Assembly (NCBI GenBank): GCA_951406725.2
Contig: OX597820.1
Coordinates: forward strand, 80,042,001-80,106,000
DNA length: 64,000 bases
Reading direction: 5' to 3'
DNA from: Octopus vulgaris
Lineage: Eukaryota
The notes below the pieces were generated by a model that was not told the DNA's origin, made no database searches, and saw nothing but the letters and a program-made list of their open reading frames with translations. Below are positions 41,985 through 57,452 of this stretch, one piece after another (positions within the stretch are counted from its first letter, which is position 1; every line of letters begins with the position of its first letter). A program made the position numbers and the translations under genes.

Positions 41985-42170
41985 AAACAAGAAAGCACAA
42001 AGAAACGCAACAACGCGAGGACGTGGAACAAATATAGTGTTATTGGACGCTCAGGAAAGAAGGAACGAAGGAGGGTTGGTTTCGAGCGGAGCTCGTCGGA
42101 AACAGGAGAAGGAAAGATCCAGAGAAGGGAAGACAAAGGAAAAAAAATCGCCAACGGTACACACGCGGTC
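41985..42170 (-). mobile_element. Decayed P2-like PLE end (related fragment 35480-35640, +)
   Basis: Minus strand TTTCCGACGAGCTCCGCTCGAAACC and CCTGAGCGTC shared with 35555. Confidence 0.5.
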
Positions 42171-43503
42171 ACATATCTATGTATATATATATATATGCAT
42201 ATACACATATATATATTATATGCAGTTGTGTATACATACATACATACATACATACATACATACATACATACATACATACATAAATATTCTTTGCTCTCAG
42301 TTTTACCTTTCATTTTATAATCATTTACTAATTCTGTAAATGATAGTTTTATAGATAAGAATTTGACTATAGTTTTACTATTACTCGATTTAATTTTCTC
42401 CTTCATTTCCTGATTGTTCCCTAATCATTCCCCGATGTGCCTGTAGGCTGTCCCATCAACACGTCATCTTTGTTTCTCCCTAGTCTCCTCCTCTTTTTCT
42501 CATATATCTCTCTCCCTCTATCGCTCTTTCTCTCTCGTCTCTTGACTCACACATTCTCCCTATTAATGGCGCTTTCAGAATATCGTTCTTGTTATGGCGA
42601 CTGCTGAATCTGATTGTATATCTCTTTTAACGTCTTCCTCTAACTTTAGATCTAATCTACGTGTTCATGCAATTATTTCTTTTATGCTGTGCCCCTTGTT
42701 TTTTTTTATGTCAAAGTAATTATTGCCTCGCTATATTTAAAACACCCGTTACTAATTGCATTTATAAATATATTCGTCCATGTAAGAATGTGATGTATAA
42801 CACGGCTAACAATCATAAAGAAATGGCAACTTGATTTTCTTTTACTTTCGTGTGGACTTGCATAATTCTTTGCATGTAATCCTGTATGTTCATTGAGATA
42901 ACAACCACAAGTGTTATTGAAACGAACGTAACTGGTTAATAAATGCGATGTCGATGTCATTATTTCTTTGACTATGTAAAAATACATATCGCTGCCATTA
43001 TGTAATAACATGCCGACATATATTTAACTACGTCCAAATTTGGCCAAATGCATTTTGCTTTTACAATATTTAATTCTGCTTGCAATAGCTGGTTCTTTTG
43101 GTCAAACTATCGTGTCACCAGCTGCTTCAGGTGAAAATTGTCTGTGTAGTACAACGATTTAGCATATTTCAAAAGTGTAGTAAGTCCCGACAGTTTTGCA
43201 AAATATTTCTGAATGAAAATATCATACATGCATGGTGTTATGATTTTAAGCACCCAACAAAGTATTATTGTTAAGCTGAATGTTGTTGATGTAAACAGAA
43301 ACGGAATGGTGAAACTATTTTTCCGTTTTCTGAAAAGCAACGCTTTGCACTTTACGACACTTTTGCACAATAGTAACGATATGTAGATTTTTTATTGAAA
43401 ATGAAACTGAGATTTTGTCTCACGACTTGAGTTTTAGGCCACATACATATATACATATATCTATATCTATGTAAGTATATATACATATATACATACATAT
43501 ATG

Positions 43504-43587
<84 letters not shown>

Positions 43588-43644
43588 TATACATATATAT
43601 ATATATACATATATATACACTCACATGCATACATATATACATAC

Positions 43645-44640
43645 GCATGCTAGAGCTTTGAAATTTTGCATGCATTAATTTCAACTCTTCTTAGAAATAA
43701 CGGCATTCTTTCTTTCCAGATAAACTGACATCAGACTGTTCAATGAAGGTGTCAAAGCTATCTCTTAGCGTCTTCTTTTGAACATGGATAAATTTTAGCA
43801 TCATGGTGTTATCAAGTACCTGCAGAAAAGGGTTTAGCTCTCATGAACATTCATGCTGGCATAGTTACTATAATTGTAAATGATGCTCCAACTTTCGCAA
43901 CAGTGCAAAAGTGGGCGGCTGAATTTAGGAGAGGAAAAGTGAGTCCTGAGGATGAACCAGGGCCTGGTGGTCCTGCAACTGCCACCACCTAAGAAAACAT
44001 TTATGGTGTTCACAAGATGGTGTTCGATAACAGGTCATTCACTATAAATCAGATAACCAATCTTATTAGCATATTCTGTGAGAGAATTGAGTGTATTCTG
44101 CGCAATGAATTTGACATGACGCAGGTTTCTGTTTGGTGGACGCCACGTCTTCTGACACCTGATCAAAAAGAGCACCAGACATTACATCACGGGAAAATCT
44201 GACATTGTTTCAGACAGATCCAGCTGATTTGCATGAAATTTCCTCATCCAAGATTAGTGTTGGGTTTTATTTAAAAGCAACAGAAATATAACTAAAGCTT
44301 TAAGCCAGACACAAAGAGACAATCCAAGCAGTGGAAACAGCCATCCTCATCTGCTCTAAAGTAGGCCAAGGTCATTTTATCTTCAGGGAAGGTGAAAACC
44401 TCAGTTTTTTGGGATGCAAAAGGCATTGTGTTTATTGACTATCTTCAAAAAAGGCCACACCATCAATGGAGAGTAGTATGCCATCTTGGCGAGGCAGTTA
44501 CGAAAAGCTTTCAAGACATAACGCCCAGGAAAAACTAACGAAATGGGTTTTGTTACTACGGGACAATGCTCCATCCCATCACACAAATCCTCGCTTTCAA
44601 TGGCTGCAGTGCCTGACTGTGGCTTTGAACTGGTTTATAT
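43645..44640 (+). pseudogene. Decayed mariner transposase
   Basis: ATG 43784; TVQKWAAEFRRG..EDEP HTH region, WTPRLLT (WVPRxL motif), FWDAKGIV..DYL, DNAPSH; stops and frameshifts. Confidence 0.9.
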
Positions 44641-44708
44641 ACATATATGTATATATATATATATATATATTTATTTCGAAATCCAATGATACACTACACG
44701 CCTATTTG

Positions 44709-44766
<58 letters not shown>

Positions 44767-44847
44767 TTAGATATGTTTCAACCAAACATTGGTCCAGATC
44801 ATGTCTAACTTAATAGCACCACCTGATTGTATATATATATATGTATG

Positions 44848-44927
<80 letters not shown>

Positions 44928-46238
44928 CATACACAAACATATATATATATATATACATATATAGATAAGAGAGAGAGAGAGAAAGAGAGGGAGAGGGAGA
45001 AAGAGAGAGAGAGAAAGGGAGAGAGAGAAAGAGAGAGAGAGAGAGAAAAAGAGAGAGAGAATTTGAATGGGTTAACAGAACCTATATTTATGTGTTTGTG
45101 TGTGTGTGTGGCGGGGAGCGTTCATTATTTTATATTTTATAGAACTGATGCTTAGCGTATTCATTTGGCATTCGTAAATACAATCTAAGTTTCCCACGAG
45201 GTATTAAATTATGAATAACGAAGCTTTTTTGCTAAAAGATTTCATACTAAAATATAATTATTTGCTCTGGAGATATATTTAACTTGTATAGAGTCTTCTT
45301 TGGTTTTCTAGTGTACTTGATATTTGCCTCATCAATTTCCTTGCATGCGTGCATACGTTTATACATATAGATGTGTGTGTGTGTGTGTATGCGTGTGTGC
45401 ATGTACACATGCAGACAAATGCGCACATTATATATACTTCTGTGTATGTATATAAATGGGTACGTATGTATGTGTGTCTGTATGTCTGTGTGTGTGTGTG
45501 TGTGTGTGTACACATAGCTACGTGCCGAAATGTATTTAAGTATGATATCTATCATACTTAAGTATGATATCTATCATACATATGCATATCTATCTATGTA
45601 TCCAACTTTATGCATGTAAAGCGTTGATAGGCGAGTTGATGCGGTTTTTTTTTTTAGTTTTAGTAGCATTTTCAGACAAATAAGTTGGACTGCAATGGAA
45701 ACGAAGGTTGCATAAACTTACGCCAATTTAGTTATGGTCTGTCAGAGGTTCAAATATAGGAATAATCTTGACTAAAATACGGCATCATCTCCCACTAATA
45801 TCGATTACAAAATCGGAGACCTTAATCTGTGTACATACGCTCTTGGTTAACTTAATGATTTCAAAATCCTAATTATTAAACATAAACAGTAACCTACTGT
45901 TCATAATGGAATGCAGTCAAAGTCGACAACCCTTTCTTTTAATTATTCATTGAGCCCCACCCGCCAACATACCTAAATAAAAATTCCGTATAATGTAGCA
46001 CGAGGATGTTTAACCCTTTGAAGTTTTGAAACAAGATATAAAAGACCCCCATAAATTAAAGAAATTACGATTTGTAATGCAGACATAAGAAAATTAATTT
46101 AACTGATATAAATACGTGTGTGTGGGTGTGATTAGTTATAAAGCAACCTGCTGAGAGTGTTTACTAAGTACAAATATAAGACGCATACACATACTCAAAC
46201 ACAGGCGTACGCATATACCAGCACAAGCATACACACAC

Positions 46239-46280
<42 letters not shown>

Positions 46281-46290
<10 letters not shown>

Positions 46291-46554
46291 TTAGAGACAA
46301 AACCACTATTATGCAAATCAAACAAAGAAAGACTTGATCCAATACATAAAATTTTTTATATAAATTAAATATAATTAATTATATTTAATTTATATAAAAA
46401 TTTTTATGTATTGGATTAAATCTTTCTTTGTTTGATTTGAATAATAGTGGTTTTGTCTCTAATTAATATTATATTATATTTTACTATAAAATTGGATTCA
46501 ATCCTAAATCTGATTTTTCCCTGTAACTTTGGATTTATTCCCTAATATTTATTA

Positions 46555-46560
<6 letters not shown>
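46281..46560. mobile_element. Fold-back element in (TA)n
   Basis: Loopless palindrome 46281-46472 plus tail ending TTCCCTAATA. Confidence 0.75.
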
Positions 46561-46606
<46 letters not shown>

Positions 46607-46699
46607 CGGGAAGCTTTATGAAAATAGACAAAAGACGAAGGCAGGTGGAAAACAAACAATTGTATTAGTATGGCGCTCAGGAAATATAAATAAAACAAG

Positions 46700-46737
46700 T
46701 CTTTAACGTTTCGAGCCTACGCTCTTCAACAGAAAGA
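46700..46737 (-). ncRNA. Type I hammerhead-like motif, A6U variant (family P2)
   Basis: Minus strand TCTTT-CTGTTGA-A-GAGC GTAG GCTC-GAAA-CGT-T-AAAGA. Confidence 0.55.
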
Positions 46738-46813
46738 TACACAGAGAGAAAAAAACACAGAAAGAAGGAGAGAAAATATATATATATATATATATATACA
46801 TATATACACATAT

Positions 46814-46891
<78 letters not shown>

Positions 46892-47189
46892 ACACATATA
46901 TGTGCTTTCGGTGCGAATGGTCTTTTATTACCGTGCCGTGATTTACAATCCTGTTAATAAGAGTAGAGGTATTTTTATATAAGCTTAAGGCTTATGGCGA
47001 TCACTGTGCAATGACTAAGGAAAATATAACGGGGCATATAAGCCCTCGACAGAAAAAAGGCTTTCCCATCGACACACATACACACACACACGCACACACA
47101 TACACACATATATACATTATTGTATACATAGATATATATGTATATGTGTGTATATATATGTATATGTGTATGTATATATATACTATATA

Positions 47190-47239
<50 letters not shown>

Positions 47240-47686
47240 TTGTCACCGAAATGCATTGCGAATAAGCCCGCCATTTTCATATATATGTAAAGATAAACAT
47301 TCGTACATGCTACGACGAATTTTACGGTTGGCTATCGAGCTTGTAATGTTATGTTTTCTCTTATATTTCTTGAGTTTGTAGCACTGATGAACATGAAATG
47401 CATATTCTGCATTAAATGCGAAATCACATGTGATATGTAACTGAATTCTTTTTTAAAATGATGTGTTTTGAAGTTTTGCTTTCGGTAAAATTTTGTTTAT
47501 TTTTTTAGTAGTTTTGACCGCATTGGTCCCTCTTAGCGTGTTGGTATCTACGAATAGTAGTACCTTCAATATAATATAAATGAATATTTTCAAAGAGGAA
47601 GAATTTACGGATTTTTTCTCTTACGAGGTTTTTCACGCTGACTACTGATAATTTCTTTTAAAGATTTTATCCTCAATTGTTAATTA

Positions 47687-47841
<155 letters not shown>

Positions 47842-48521
47842 TTGTGTACATAATTTTATGCTCACTAAAAAGCTTAACCGATCAATTCATAGCTGATTAA
47901 CATTCATATTCCGAGTTTGTACAATAAAAGAATTGCAGCGACTTGTCAATTGAGTGCAGTCGTCATATGATACGATTTAGAGCAATCATAATATTAACAG
48001 TAATTATCTGTAATTTAAACTATTAAGTTTTTTAAGTACAAATAATGCATAAATATATTTACGCATGCAGGCATTCACACACACGCACGCACGTACGCAC
48101 GCACACACATTCATTTAACAGACATACACATTCAGAGCAGAATAAACCACGACGTACAGTTTAACTTTCTATTATAATAGCATAAATTACACCATCTTTA
48201 CACGTATTTCACTTGCGCGTACAATCTGTCGTCGGGCAGTAAAATTTGATGTTACGATTACCGTACAACATACTAGTGAAACACGTGTAAAGATTATGTA
48301 ACGTATGATGTTAGTTTGAATTTAATCTGTTTTATTTCGCTCTCGAATTCTGCTCTGTAATTTGTTCAAATGTACAGAATACCTAACAGAAAATCGATAG
48401 ACGAATTTTGTTTAATACATATATTTACATGGAGTTCAAAGTATTGATTAACCTTTATGGTATTTCATTGGAAATAGTGACCATTCAATACATACAGAAA
48501 CACAAATATACACACATGCAT

Positions 48522-48569
<48 letters not shown>

Positions 48570-48575
<6 letters not shown>

Positions 48576-49630
48576 GTTTAAATATTTGTTGTGCAAGATT
48601 TTTTATGTGAAGTCGTGTGTTGAAACAGATATTGTTATATTTCGGAATGGTCATATTGCCAGTTTAGCCAATAAAAACACACGCACTATATATTTGGTGT
48701 TATTTTGCTTCAGTGATATTTATTTTTTACATTAATCTTAATCTTATTTCGGCCAAAGTTCTTTCGTCACACTCCTGTGACCGCATCAGTGGTCCTTTGT
48801 TTTCTTCTCACTTACTTGTGTCTCTCCTTACTAACCGTCAGCCATTTTGTATTTCTATTGTATGTCTTCATTTGCGCATGCTTATATCTCTATGTGCGTC
48901 TATGTTTATTTAGTGTGTGTGGGGGGGGATGTCTGTAATATTTGTATCTTCTGGTTATATACATTCTTGTAATTTGTATTTTGTTTTTGTTGTTGTTGCT
49001 TTTGTTCTAATTTTGTTCATGTGTTTACATCCACCCATTATTATCATTACATATGCTTGTATGTATGTATAACAACAATATTAGTAATAATAATAATAAA
49101 TCTAATCGAGAAAAAAAAAAAAAAAGAAAAAAAAAGAATATACATATACATATATATATATATATACATACATATACATATACATATATATATATACATA
49201 TATACACACACATATACACATATACATATACACATATATACACATATACATACACATAGATATTCATTTCTATTTCTTTAATTACCTGTGTATTTATTAT
49301 GTTTGCAGGATCCACTATTGTCATATGTTGTGGTGTGCGCTATTGCTCCATTCTAGTTTTCTATTCAGGCTAGGTTTATTTTCTATTATATGTGTAGCTT
49401 CTGTAATTTGTCTAATTGTTGCATCTGTTCTATGTGTGGACAATATCTTAATCTCTATGTTATTGATTGATCCCCCGTGTTCTTGTTCGGCGTGTTGGTA
49501 CAGAATCGATGAGCTTTTACCTTCCTTGAGTTGTCTCCAATGTTCATTCACCCGCTCACCAATGCTTCTTGCAGTTTCCCCTACGTATGTTACTGTCTTG
49601 TTACTGCATCTTCCCTCTATACATCTTATA
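48570..49630 (-). mobile_element. 5'-truncated Penelope-like element: GIY-YIG C-terminus plus 3' UTR with hammerhead-like motif (48751-48795)
   Basis: [34 protein letters not shown] in 49321-49630. Confidence 0.85.
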
Positions 49631-49655
49631 TATATACATGCATGTTTATACTTAG

Positions 49656-49689
<34 letters not shown>

Positions 49690-49734
49690 GTGAGTATGTG
49701 TGTGTATAAGGAAGATAGGACAAAGTAGAAAATG

Positions 49735-50986
49735 GTAAAATAATTTTCCTATGAAAAACATTTTAGTACCGGTTTCAGTATTTGCGACTTTTTCAGCGTG
49801 GAGTAAAGCATGAAAAGAAATTAAATTGTGGAAAAATTAAATTAAATATTTAAAAAAAATATTTTCAGCTCTCAAATATGTGGGACATTTTCATTTTCCC
49901 TGTCTCTCTCTCTCTTTTCCCTGTCTTTCTCTATTGTGAAGGCTCGGTAGGTCGGTAGTAGCAGATCTAAAGAAATATTTAATATGGGGTGATGTTGTTT
50001 CTGGATTTTGATTGTCTAAGCAGCAGTAACCAGAGGAGACGGTAAAGAAGAAGAAGAAGAAGAAAAAGAAACCTGCTATCGACATAAAACGGGAATTACG
50101 ATGGGTACGAGAATGGCCCCCTTCTTAGCTGATCTAATTACCTGCTTTATTCTTTGGCATGAGAGTATAGAGCGACTTATAGAATTTCAAGCACTTCTAA
50201 ATGGACTTGACATAAACATTCAATTTACAATGGAATATAACCAACAACAACTTCCATTCCTCGACATCCTCATTAAGAAACCCAACAACAAAACTGAAAC
50301 AGAGATATACTATAAGCCCATGGACCCCAAGCAATATCTACCGTCCAACTCATGCCATATATACAGAAAAATAGCATTTAGCGAACACATCGACGTTTGC
50401 GCCACTAACAAACAACCCAACTTCAGAATTTTACCCCTATGTAAATTCAAGGACGATGCTACTTGTAGTCAGCGCATTAGCAAAGACTCATATTTTATCG
50501 CAAAATATAAACCCCTTTTCAATGTTTCCACTACAGATGACATCTGTAGTTTCATCTACTAGAAGGGTCTTAGAATAATATCAACGCAAATATTAAAAAC
50601 GATATACTCAGAGCAGTCACTACCATGAAATTATTCAGAACAATTCCAGTCATTATTGCTATAACCAGAACAGGTCATTTTTAAATCACCTGACCATTTC
50701 AAGAGACTCTACCAACAGTCTACAACTGTCATACCACACCCGTCTTTCTTCTTCTTCTTCTTCTTCTTCTTCTTCTTCTTCTTCTTCTTCTTCTTCTTCT
50801 TCTTCTTCTTCTTCTTCTTCTTCTTCTTCTTCTTCTTCTTCTTCTTTATCGTCTCCTCTAGCTACTGCAGCAGTGGCCAGAGGAGACGGTAAACAATCAA
50901 AATCCAGAAACACCATCCCTCATATCGAATATTTCTTCAGATCTGCTACTACCGACCTACCGAGCCTTCATAAAAATAAAAGAGAG

Positions 50987-51035
<49 letters not shown>

Positions 51036-51215
51036 AAGAGAGAGATAGAGAGAGAAAATGAAAATGTCCCACCTATTTGAAAACTGAAAATATTTTTTAA
51101 AAAACATCTAATTTAATTTTTCCACAATTTAATTCATTTTCATGGTTTACCCTACGTTGAAAAAGTTGAAAACTGAAACCGGCACTAAAATGTTCTTCAT
51201 TGTAAAATTACACTA
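49735..51215 (+). mobile_element. Internally deleted Penelope-like element with inverted 5' copy of its 3' end
   Basis: ORF 50092-50562 has GITMGTRMAP, IQFTME..LPFLDI, YYKP..QYL..SCH and the GIY-YIG tail; 49735-50045 inverts about 50850-51215. Confidence 0.85.
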
Positions 51216-51967
51216 AGGAATAAAAATGATTTTATGACGATTGCCGTTTAAGATGGCGACAGCTGATTTGAGCTAGGCTAGATATATCGTTTCCAGAAAG
51301 TAAATGGAATTAGTTTGTTGGAAATGTGATAGTGATTACCAAATATTAATAACTCCCCAATGTATCGGGTGGTAAATTTGCTGATCCTATCAATCGAAGA
51401 ACATTATGCACATGCTCTCTCTGCACTTACGTATATTTATCATTCTTGTAAACTAGCATTCAATATATCGCCATGCTTCTCTGCTGGTCCACGCAACCAG
51501 CCAAATTTTATCTACTGGACGGTGTAACAACCCGTAATTTATTTTAGTTCTGATTCACACAATGATGTGTATAAAATAGATATTCTTTAATTAATGACGT
51601 ACCATTAAAAGTTCATACATATGAATTTGGTTATCCCCTGTGGTACATGCTTTATGTAGCAGTTAAATTTCTATTCTATTTATTGTAGAAAGAAGACGTG
51701 CTCGTCTTTTGTGAGGGGTGGCCAAAAAGTCATGAAACACTACATCAAGAAAGTCTGTCTCTCTTTTTTCCACGCATCGAAATCAGAGAAAGAATGTATT
51801 TATAATCTCATTCCACGTACAGTGAAATACCTTCTAATCTTTAAAAATATTCCATTTCATACACACACACACGGGCGCATGCGCGCGCACACACACACGT
51901 ATACATGCGTACATGCATACTGCACATCTATAAGAGATATTATCTCAAAACGAATATCACAGATGTT

Positions 51968-52072
<105 letters not shown>

Positions 52073-52150
52073 TAATTAAGTGATTGTTTCTTATCAGGAG
52101 CAAAATGTTTAATAGGACTGCTATAGAAGTGCTCAATTAAATGAGACAAA

Positions 52151-53078
52151 TATATTAAACTATGGTTGCAGAACAAACAAATATGAGGTCACCCACGTAA
52201 CATTTCATATCTCGAACATTTAATCACATAGTGCTTTTTCTTTCACATAGAATATACATGCATAAAATCACGGAAGATGAAGCACAACCCATCAATACAA
52301 GCATATATAAAAAATATAAGAAAAATGTGTGAATACAGTCCATCGCGTTTAAAAGTTAATGATTAATAATTTAGCGACTAAAAAAATATATATATTTTTT
52401 AACATTACAACATCTAGAATAATAAATACATAAAAATATAAAGAAATATGTAAATATATAGTTATATAAAAAAATATAAAAATACTTATATATAGGAAGC
52501 ATATAAATAAATAATATTAAATATATAAGGTAAGATAAAAGTTCATCGTTTAGAAATTTTTTCGATTAAAAATTACTTTTCAAGATAAGGGAAACCTATT
52601 GTTAAAAGCTTGGACACTGGCTTTTAACAATAGGTTTCCCTTATCTTGGAAAGTAATTTTTAATCGAAAAAATTTCTAAACGATGAACTTTTATCTTACC
52701 TTATATATTTAATATTATTTATTTATATGCTTCCTATATATAAGTATTTTTATATTTTTTTATATAACTATATATTTACATATTTCTTTATATTTTTATG
52801 TATTTATTATTCTAGATGTTGTAATGTTAAAAAATATATATATTTTTTTAGTCGCTAAATTATTAATCATTAACTTTTAAACGCGATGGACTGTATTCAC
52901 ACATTTTTCCTATATTTTTTTATATGCATGTATTGATGGGTTGTGCTTCATCTTCCGTGATTTTATGCATGTATATTCTATATGAAAGGAAAAGCATTAT
53001 GTGATTAAATGTTCGAGATATGAAATGTTACGTGGATGACCTTATATTTGTTTTCTTCTGCAACCATAGTTTAATATA
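52151..53078. repeat. Long near-perfect palindrome
   Basis: ~459-bp arms 52151-52609 / 52620-53078 with 10-nt loop TTGGACACTG. Confidence 0.95.
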
Positions 53079-53179
53079 TATATATATATATATAGTGAGA
53101 GAGAGAGAGAGAGAGAGACGTTAAGTATGATACAGATGGCTATGTATACTGATTCTATTGCATATAACGGGTTAAATCT

Positions 53180-53268
<89 letters not shown>

Positions 53269-53653
53269 AGCGCATTATAAATAGGTTTAGATGAATAATG
53301 TATTTAATCATAATATTTAATCCTTCATCTTCAAGTGTTTTTTATGAATGTCATATTAAATCTAATATTCTTATTTTTAAAAATTCCTTCCTTATGAGAC
53401 TAATTTTTAATGAAATTTTCTCCATTTGCGTTTATTTCATAATGTAATAAACAGTCACAACTAGAAGTGCGATGTGCTTATATTCATTTTTTTCTTTTAA
53501 ATTGCGAAGTGTATTTCTAAAAGTCGTTGTACGAGAGAATTAGCATGTCTCTGCTAAATGATATGCAAATATCGGCTTTTTCAGTTTTGCCTTGAATACA
53601 TAGAATATGATGACTTCTATATTTATTCTTAATGTGTTCTGGCGGATTCGAAC

Positions 53654-54079
53654 ATGAATATGCTAATGCAGACTGGCGAAGAGAATTTGCTGCAAACGAG
53701 ACTGCCACTCTCGCATCGATCTCTACAGCCACAGGAAGCGTTGCAAAAACTGAATAGACAACTCAACGGACGGATGACATCATCCATGGTCAGCCATGAC
53801 CGACGGAGGCCCAAAGATGCGTTTTGTCATATGCTAACCACTTCTTTACAACGAGTGTCTGCTCATAATAAACTCGATGTCGAAAAAACGACGGTTCCAG
53901 AATCTCTTGCGCTAATGAATCTACTGTGTTATGAACGTACATTTGTCTTAAAGAAGAAATTATTCTCCCGTGACAAAGTAAAACATCGATCGACAGATTT
54001 ATGTTACAATCTTCTGGAACTTATTAAAAATAAATGTAGAAATCACCGTTTTAATTCTCGCGGTTCACCGTGCAAATGA
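53654..54079 (+). CDS. Possible short ORF of unknown function
   Basis: 141 codons in unique CpG-containing sequence, AACATG start, AATAAA at 54253; no recognised motif. Confidence 0.25.
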   Translation: MNMLMQTGEENLLQTRLPLSHRSLQPQEALQKLNRQLNGRMTSSMVSHDRRRPKDAFCHMLTTSLQRVSAHNKLDVEKTTVPESLALMNLLCYERTFVLKKKLFSRDKVKHRSTDLCYNLLELIKNKCRNHRFNSRGSPCK

Positions 54080-54394
54080 TTTATTATACATAGAATAGAT
54101 GTTCAAGCAGAATAAGATATTAAGCACTTGAAAATGCAGTGAGTCGTAAGGTAAATTTGTTCGTTTCTTTTCTTCTGCATTTCGTACTCAATGGTCAAAT
54201 GTCTGAAAAGAAGTAAAATTTCAAGCACAATACACAAGAGATATTGAAAAAGAATAAAAAAAAACCAAAACACTGCGATAAAAATGTTTAATGTAAATTC
54301 GAATAGCATTGTAAAAAAGATAAAACAATTCATGGCAGAAAAAAGACGAACTAATTTATGCGACAACGCAATATTTTAGGTTAAGATAATCACC

Positions 54395-54710
54395 GGCACT
54401 CCGTCGATTACGACGACGATTTTTCAAGTTGATGCGATCAAAGCAGCAGCCTGTTCCTGAAAATAGCGTACAAGTGGCTGAGCACCCCACAGACACACGT
54501 GCCCTTAACGTAGTTCTTGAAAATATTCAGCGGGACACAGAATGTGTCAAGGTTGGGCCTTTTGAAATAAAGGTACTACTCATTATTGCCAACTAATTGA
54601 ACTGGAGCAACGTGAGATAAAGCGTCTTGCTCAAGGACGCAAAGTGTTGCCAGAAATCGAACTCACGACCCTGAAATCGTGAATGGACCCCCTCACTAGC
54701 CACTGAGCTA
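54395..54710 (-). mobile_element. SINE family C copy
   Basis: Collinear with 10655-10970. Confidence 0.8.
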
Positions 54711-54775
54711 AAATAATAAACAAAACCAAAGCCTTGTGAGTGGATTTGTTAGACGGAAACTGAAAGAAGCCCGTC

Positions 54776-54822
<47 letters not shown>

Positions 54823-54830
54823 ATACACAT

Positions 54831-55415
54831 AAAGGGTGAAATATAATTAATTTAATAAAATTAATAAATTTCACCTAGTAGTTTTTTCGGTATGAAAATG
54901 ACCATATTTGGTAAGGATTATATTAATTATAATAAAGGGTTAATTGCAACAAGTTGCTCAAAAACCACGTACCGAAAATATTAGAAATAGCAGCCAAATA
55001 GGTCACTATTACTACTACTAGTAAAAAAGTCTCCACAAACAAACAGAATTTGTAACCCGTATATGGTAAAGAGAAAGGAGACAACGAAATCCCAGCCTAT
55101 TGGATTAATTATGGACGAATTCGTTTCTGGATTAGAATCGAAAGTTCATTTCCTTGTCAACATAATATTTCCTATAAATCTAGAAATGCTAGGAAAAAAC
55201 TCACCCATTACACCAACTCGATCAGGCGACATCGAACGATATAACGGTCCCCTAGCATCTCTACATTTATATAGACAGGCGAATTCGTATCTCCCTCCAA
55301 AATTACCACGTGAGTTACAAAAGTAGTAGAAATAGTGACCTCTTTGGCTGCTATTTCTAATATTTTCGGTATGTGGTTTTGAGCAACTTGTTGCAATTAA
55401 CCCTTTATCATAATA
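54831..55415. mobile_element. Inverted-repeat element in (TA)n
   Basis: ~88-bp arms 54931-55018 / 55323-55411; both outer ends read CCCTTT outward. Confidence 0.7.
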
Positions 55416-55434
55416 TATATATATATATATATAA

Positions 55435-55875
<441 letters not shown>

Positions 55876-57248
55876 GTATGTTTGTGTGTCTATGTTTGTC
55901 CGCCCCATCATTGCTTGACATTCGATGTTGGTGTGTTTACCTCCCCGTAACATAGCGGTTCTGTAAAAGAGACCGATAGAATTATTACTAGGCTTACAAA
56001 GATTAAGTCCTGGGGCGGATTTGTTCGACAAAGGTCGGCGCTCCAGCATGGCCGCACTCAAACGAGTGAACCAAGTAAAAATAATAAAACAGTTGAAGGC
56101 AGTTCCCAGACAATACTGTTGTCCAATGATTCTCTTCTCTCACTGATTTACTTCCCGAATATGTAAATTCGTAAAACGTTACACAAACAAATAATTGGTA
56201 AGTAGCATCCAATGAAGTTTGCAACTATCATGTGGGCATGTAAACTGATTCTTAACATCGATTTGCCTCAAGTTTTTAAAATGATATTTGATTTATTGAT
56301 TTACTTTAGCTAAAGGCGTTGCTTCAATTATCATTTAGATGATCTTTCTTCGTCTCTCCCTCTCTCCTCCTCTCTCTTATTCTTACTCTCTCTCTCTCTC
56401 TAGTACTCGTTTTACATCATTGTTTCGCCCTTCTCTTTCATTTTTATTTCTATCTTTCTATCTTCCTTTGCCTTTCTTTCTTCCCCATCTACCTTCCTCA
56501 GTCACTTCCTCTCTTTCTCTCTTTTCCCCTCTTTTTTATCCCTCACTTCCTTACTTTGTCACTCTTTATTTTCTCCCTCCTCTTTCTCTTTCTCTTTTTT
56601 CTTCTTTCTCTTCCTCATCTCCTTCTCATCACCAGATACACTTTGGAACTTCTTACAATTCATTTTCACAATTCAGTTTTGGAGCTTCCACATATTTTCT
56701 TTCCTCTTACACAATCTTCTCTCTTCACCTTCGGTTGTCCGTTCATAAAACATGCCTGTCTCTCTCACACAGTTTGCTGTTTATTCCCGTCCTTTGTTTA
56801 CTCGGGATGTCTTAAAATACATTGGCTTACACTTCCTTTATTGTCTTAAAATACGTTGGTTTACACTTCCTTTATTGTGTCACTGAGAATAAATTGGAAC
56901 ATTATTCTCTTTAGAACATATTTGTTAGACTTCATATTAACTGTACTTTGTTTCAAGGAATAAAAAGAATTTGATGTCAAAAATGAGTCAGAGACCATGA
57001 CAATTATACACATACAGATATTCATGCATATATCCTAGATTCCATGCCTATGTATATATGTGCATGTGTGTTTGTGTGTGTGTCTGTATATACACATACA
57101 TATATATACATACATACTCACACCCACATATGCATATATATATATATGAAAGAAGGTTTGAAAATGCAATTTTAAAGATGTTTATTCACTTGAAAATTGC
57201 ATTTTCATATATATTTCCACTCGTGCGGTACCTTACGACTTCACTTTG

Positions 57249-57452
<204 letters not shown>

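Noticed and set aside
45537-45580. Tandem pair of GTATGATATCTATCATAC palindromes
   Set aside because: Simple local 22-bp duplication with no other support
55063-55326. 87-aa ORF inside the inverted-repeat element
   Set aside because: Short, with no convincing RT, nuclease or transposase motif
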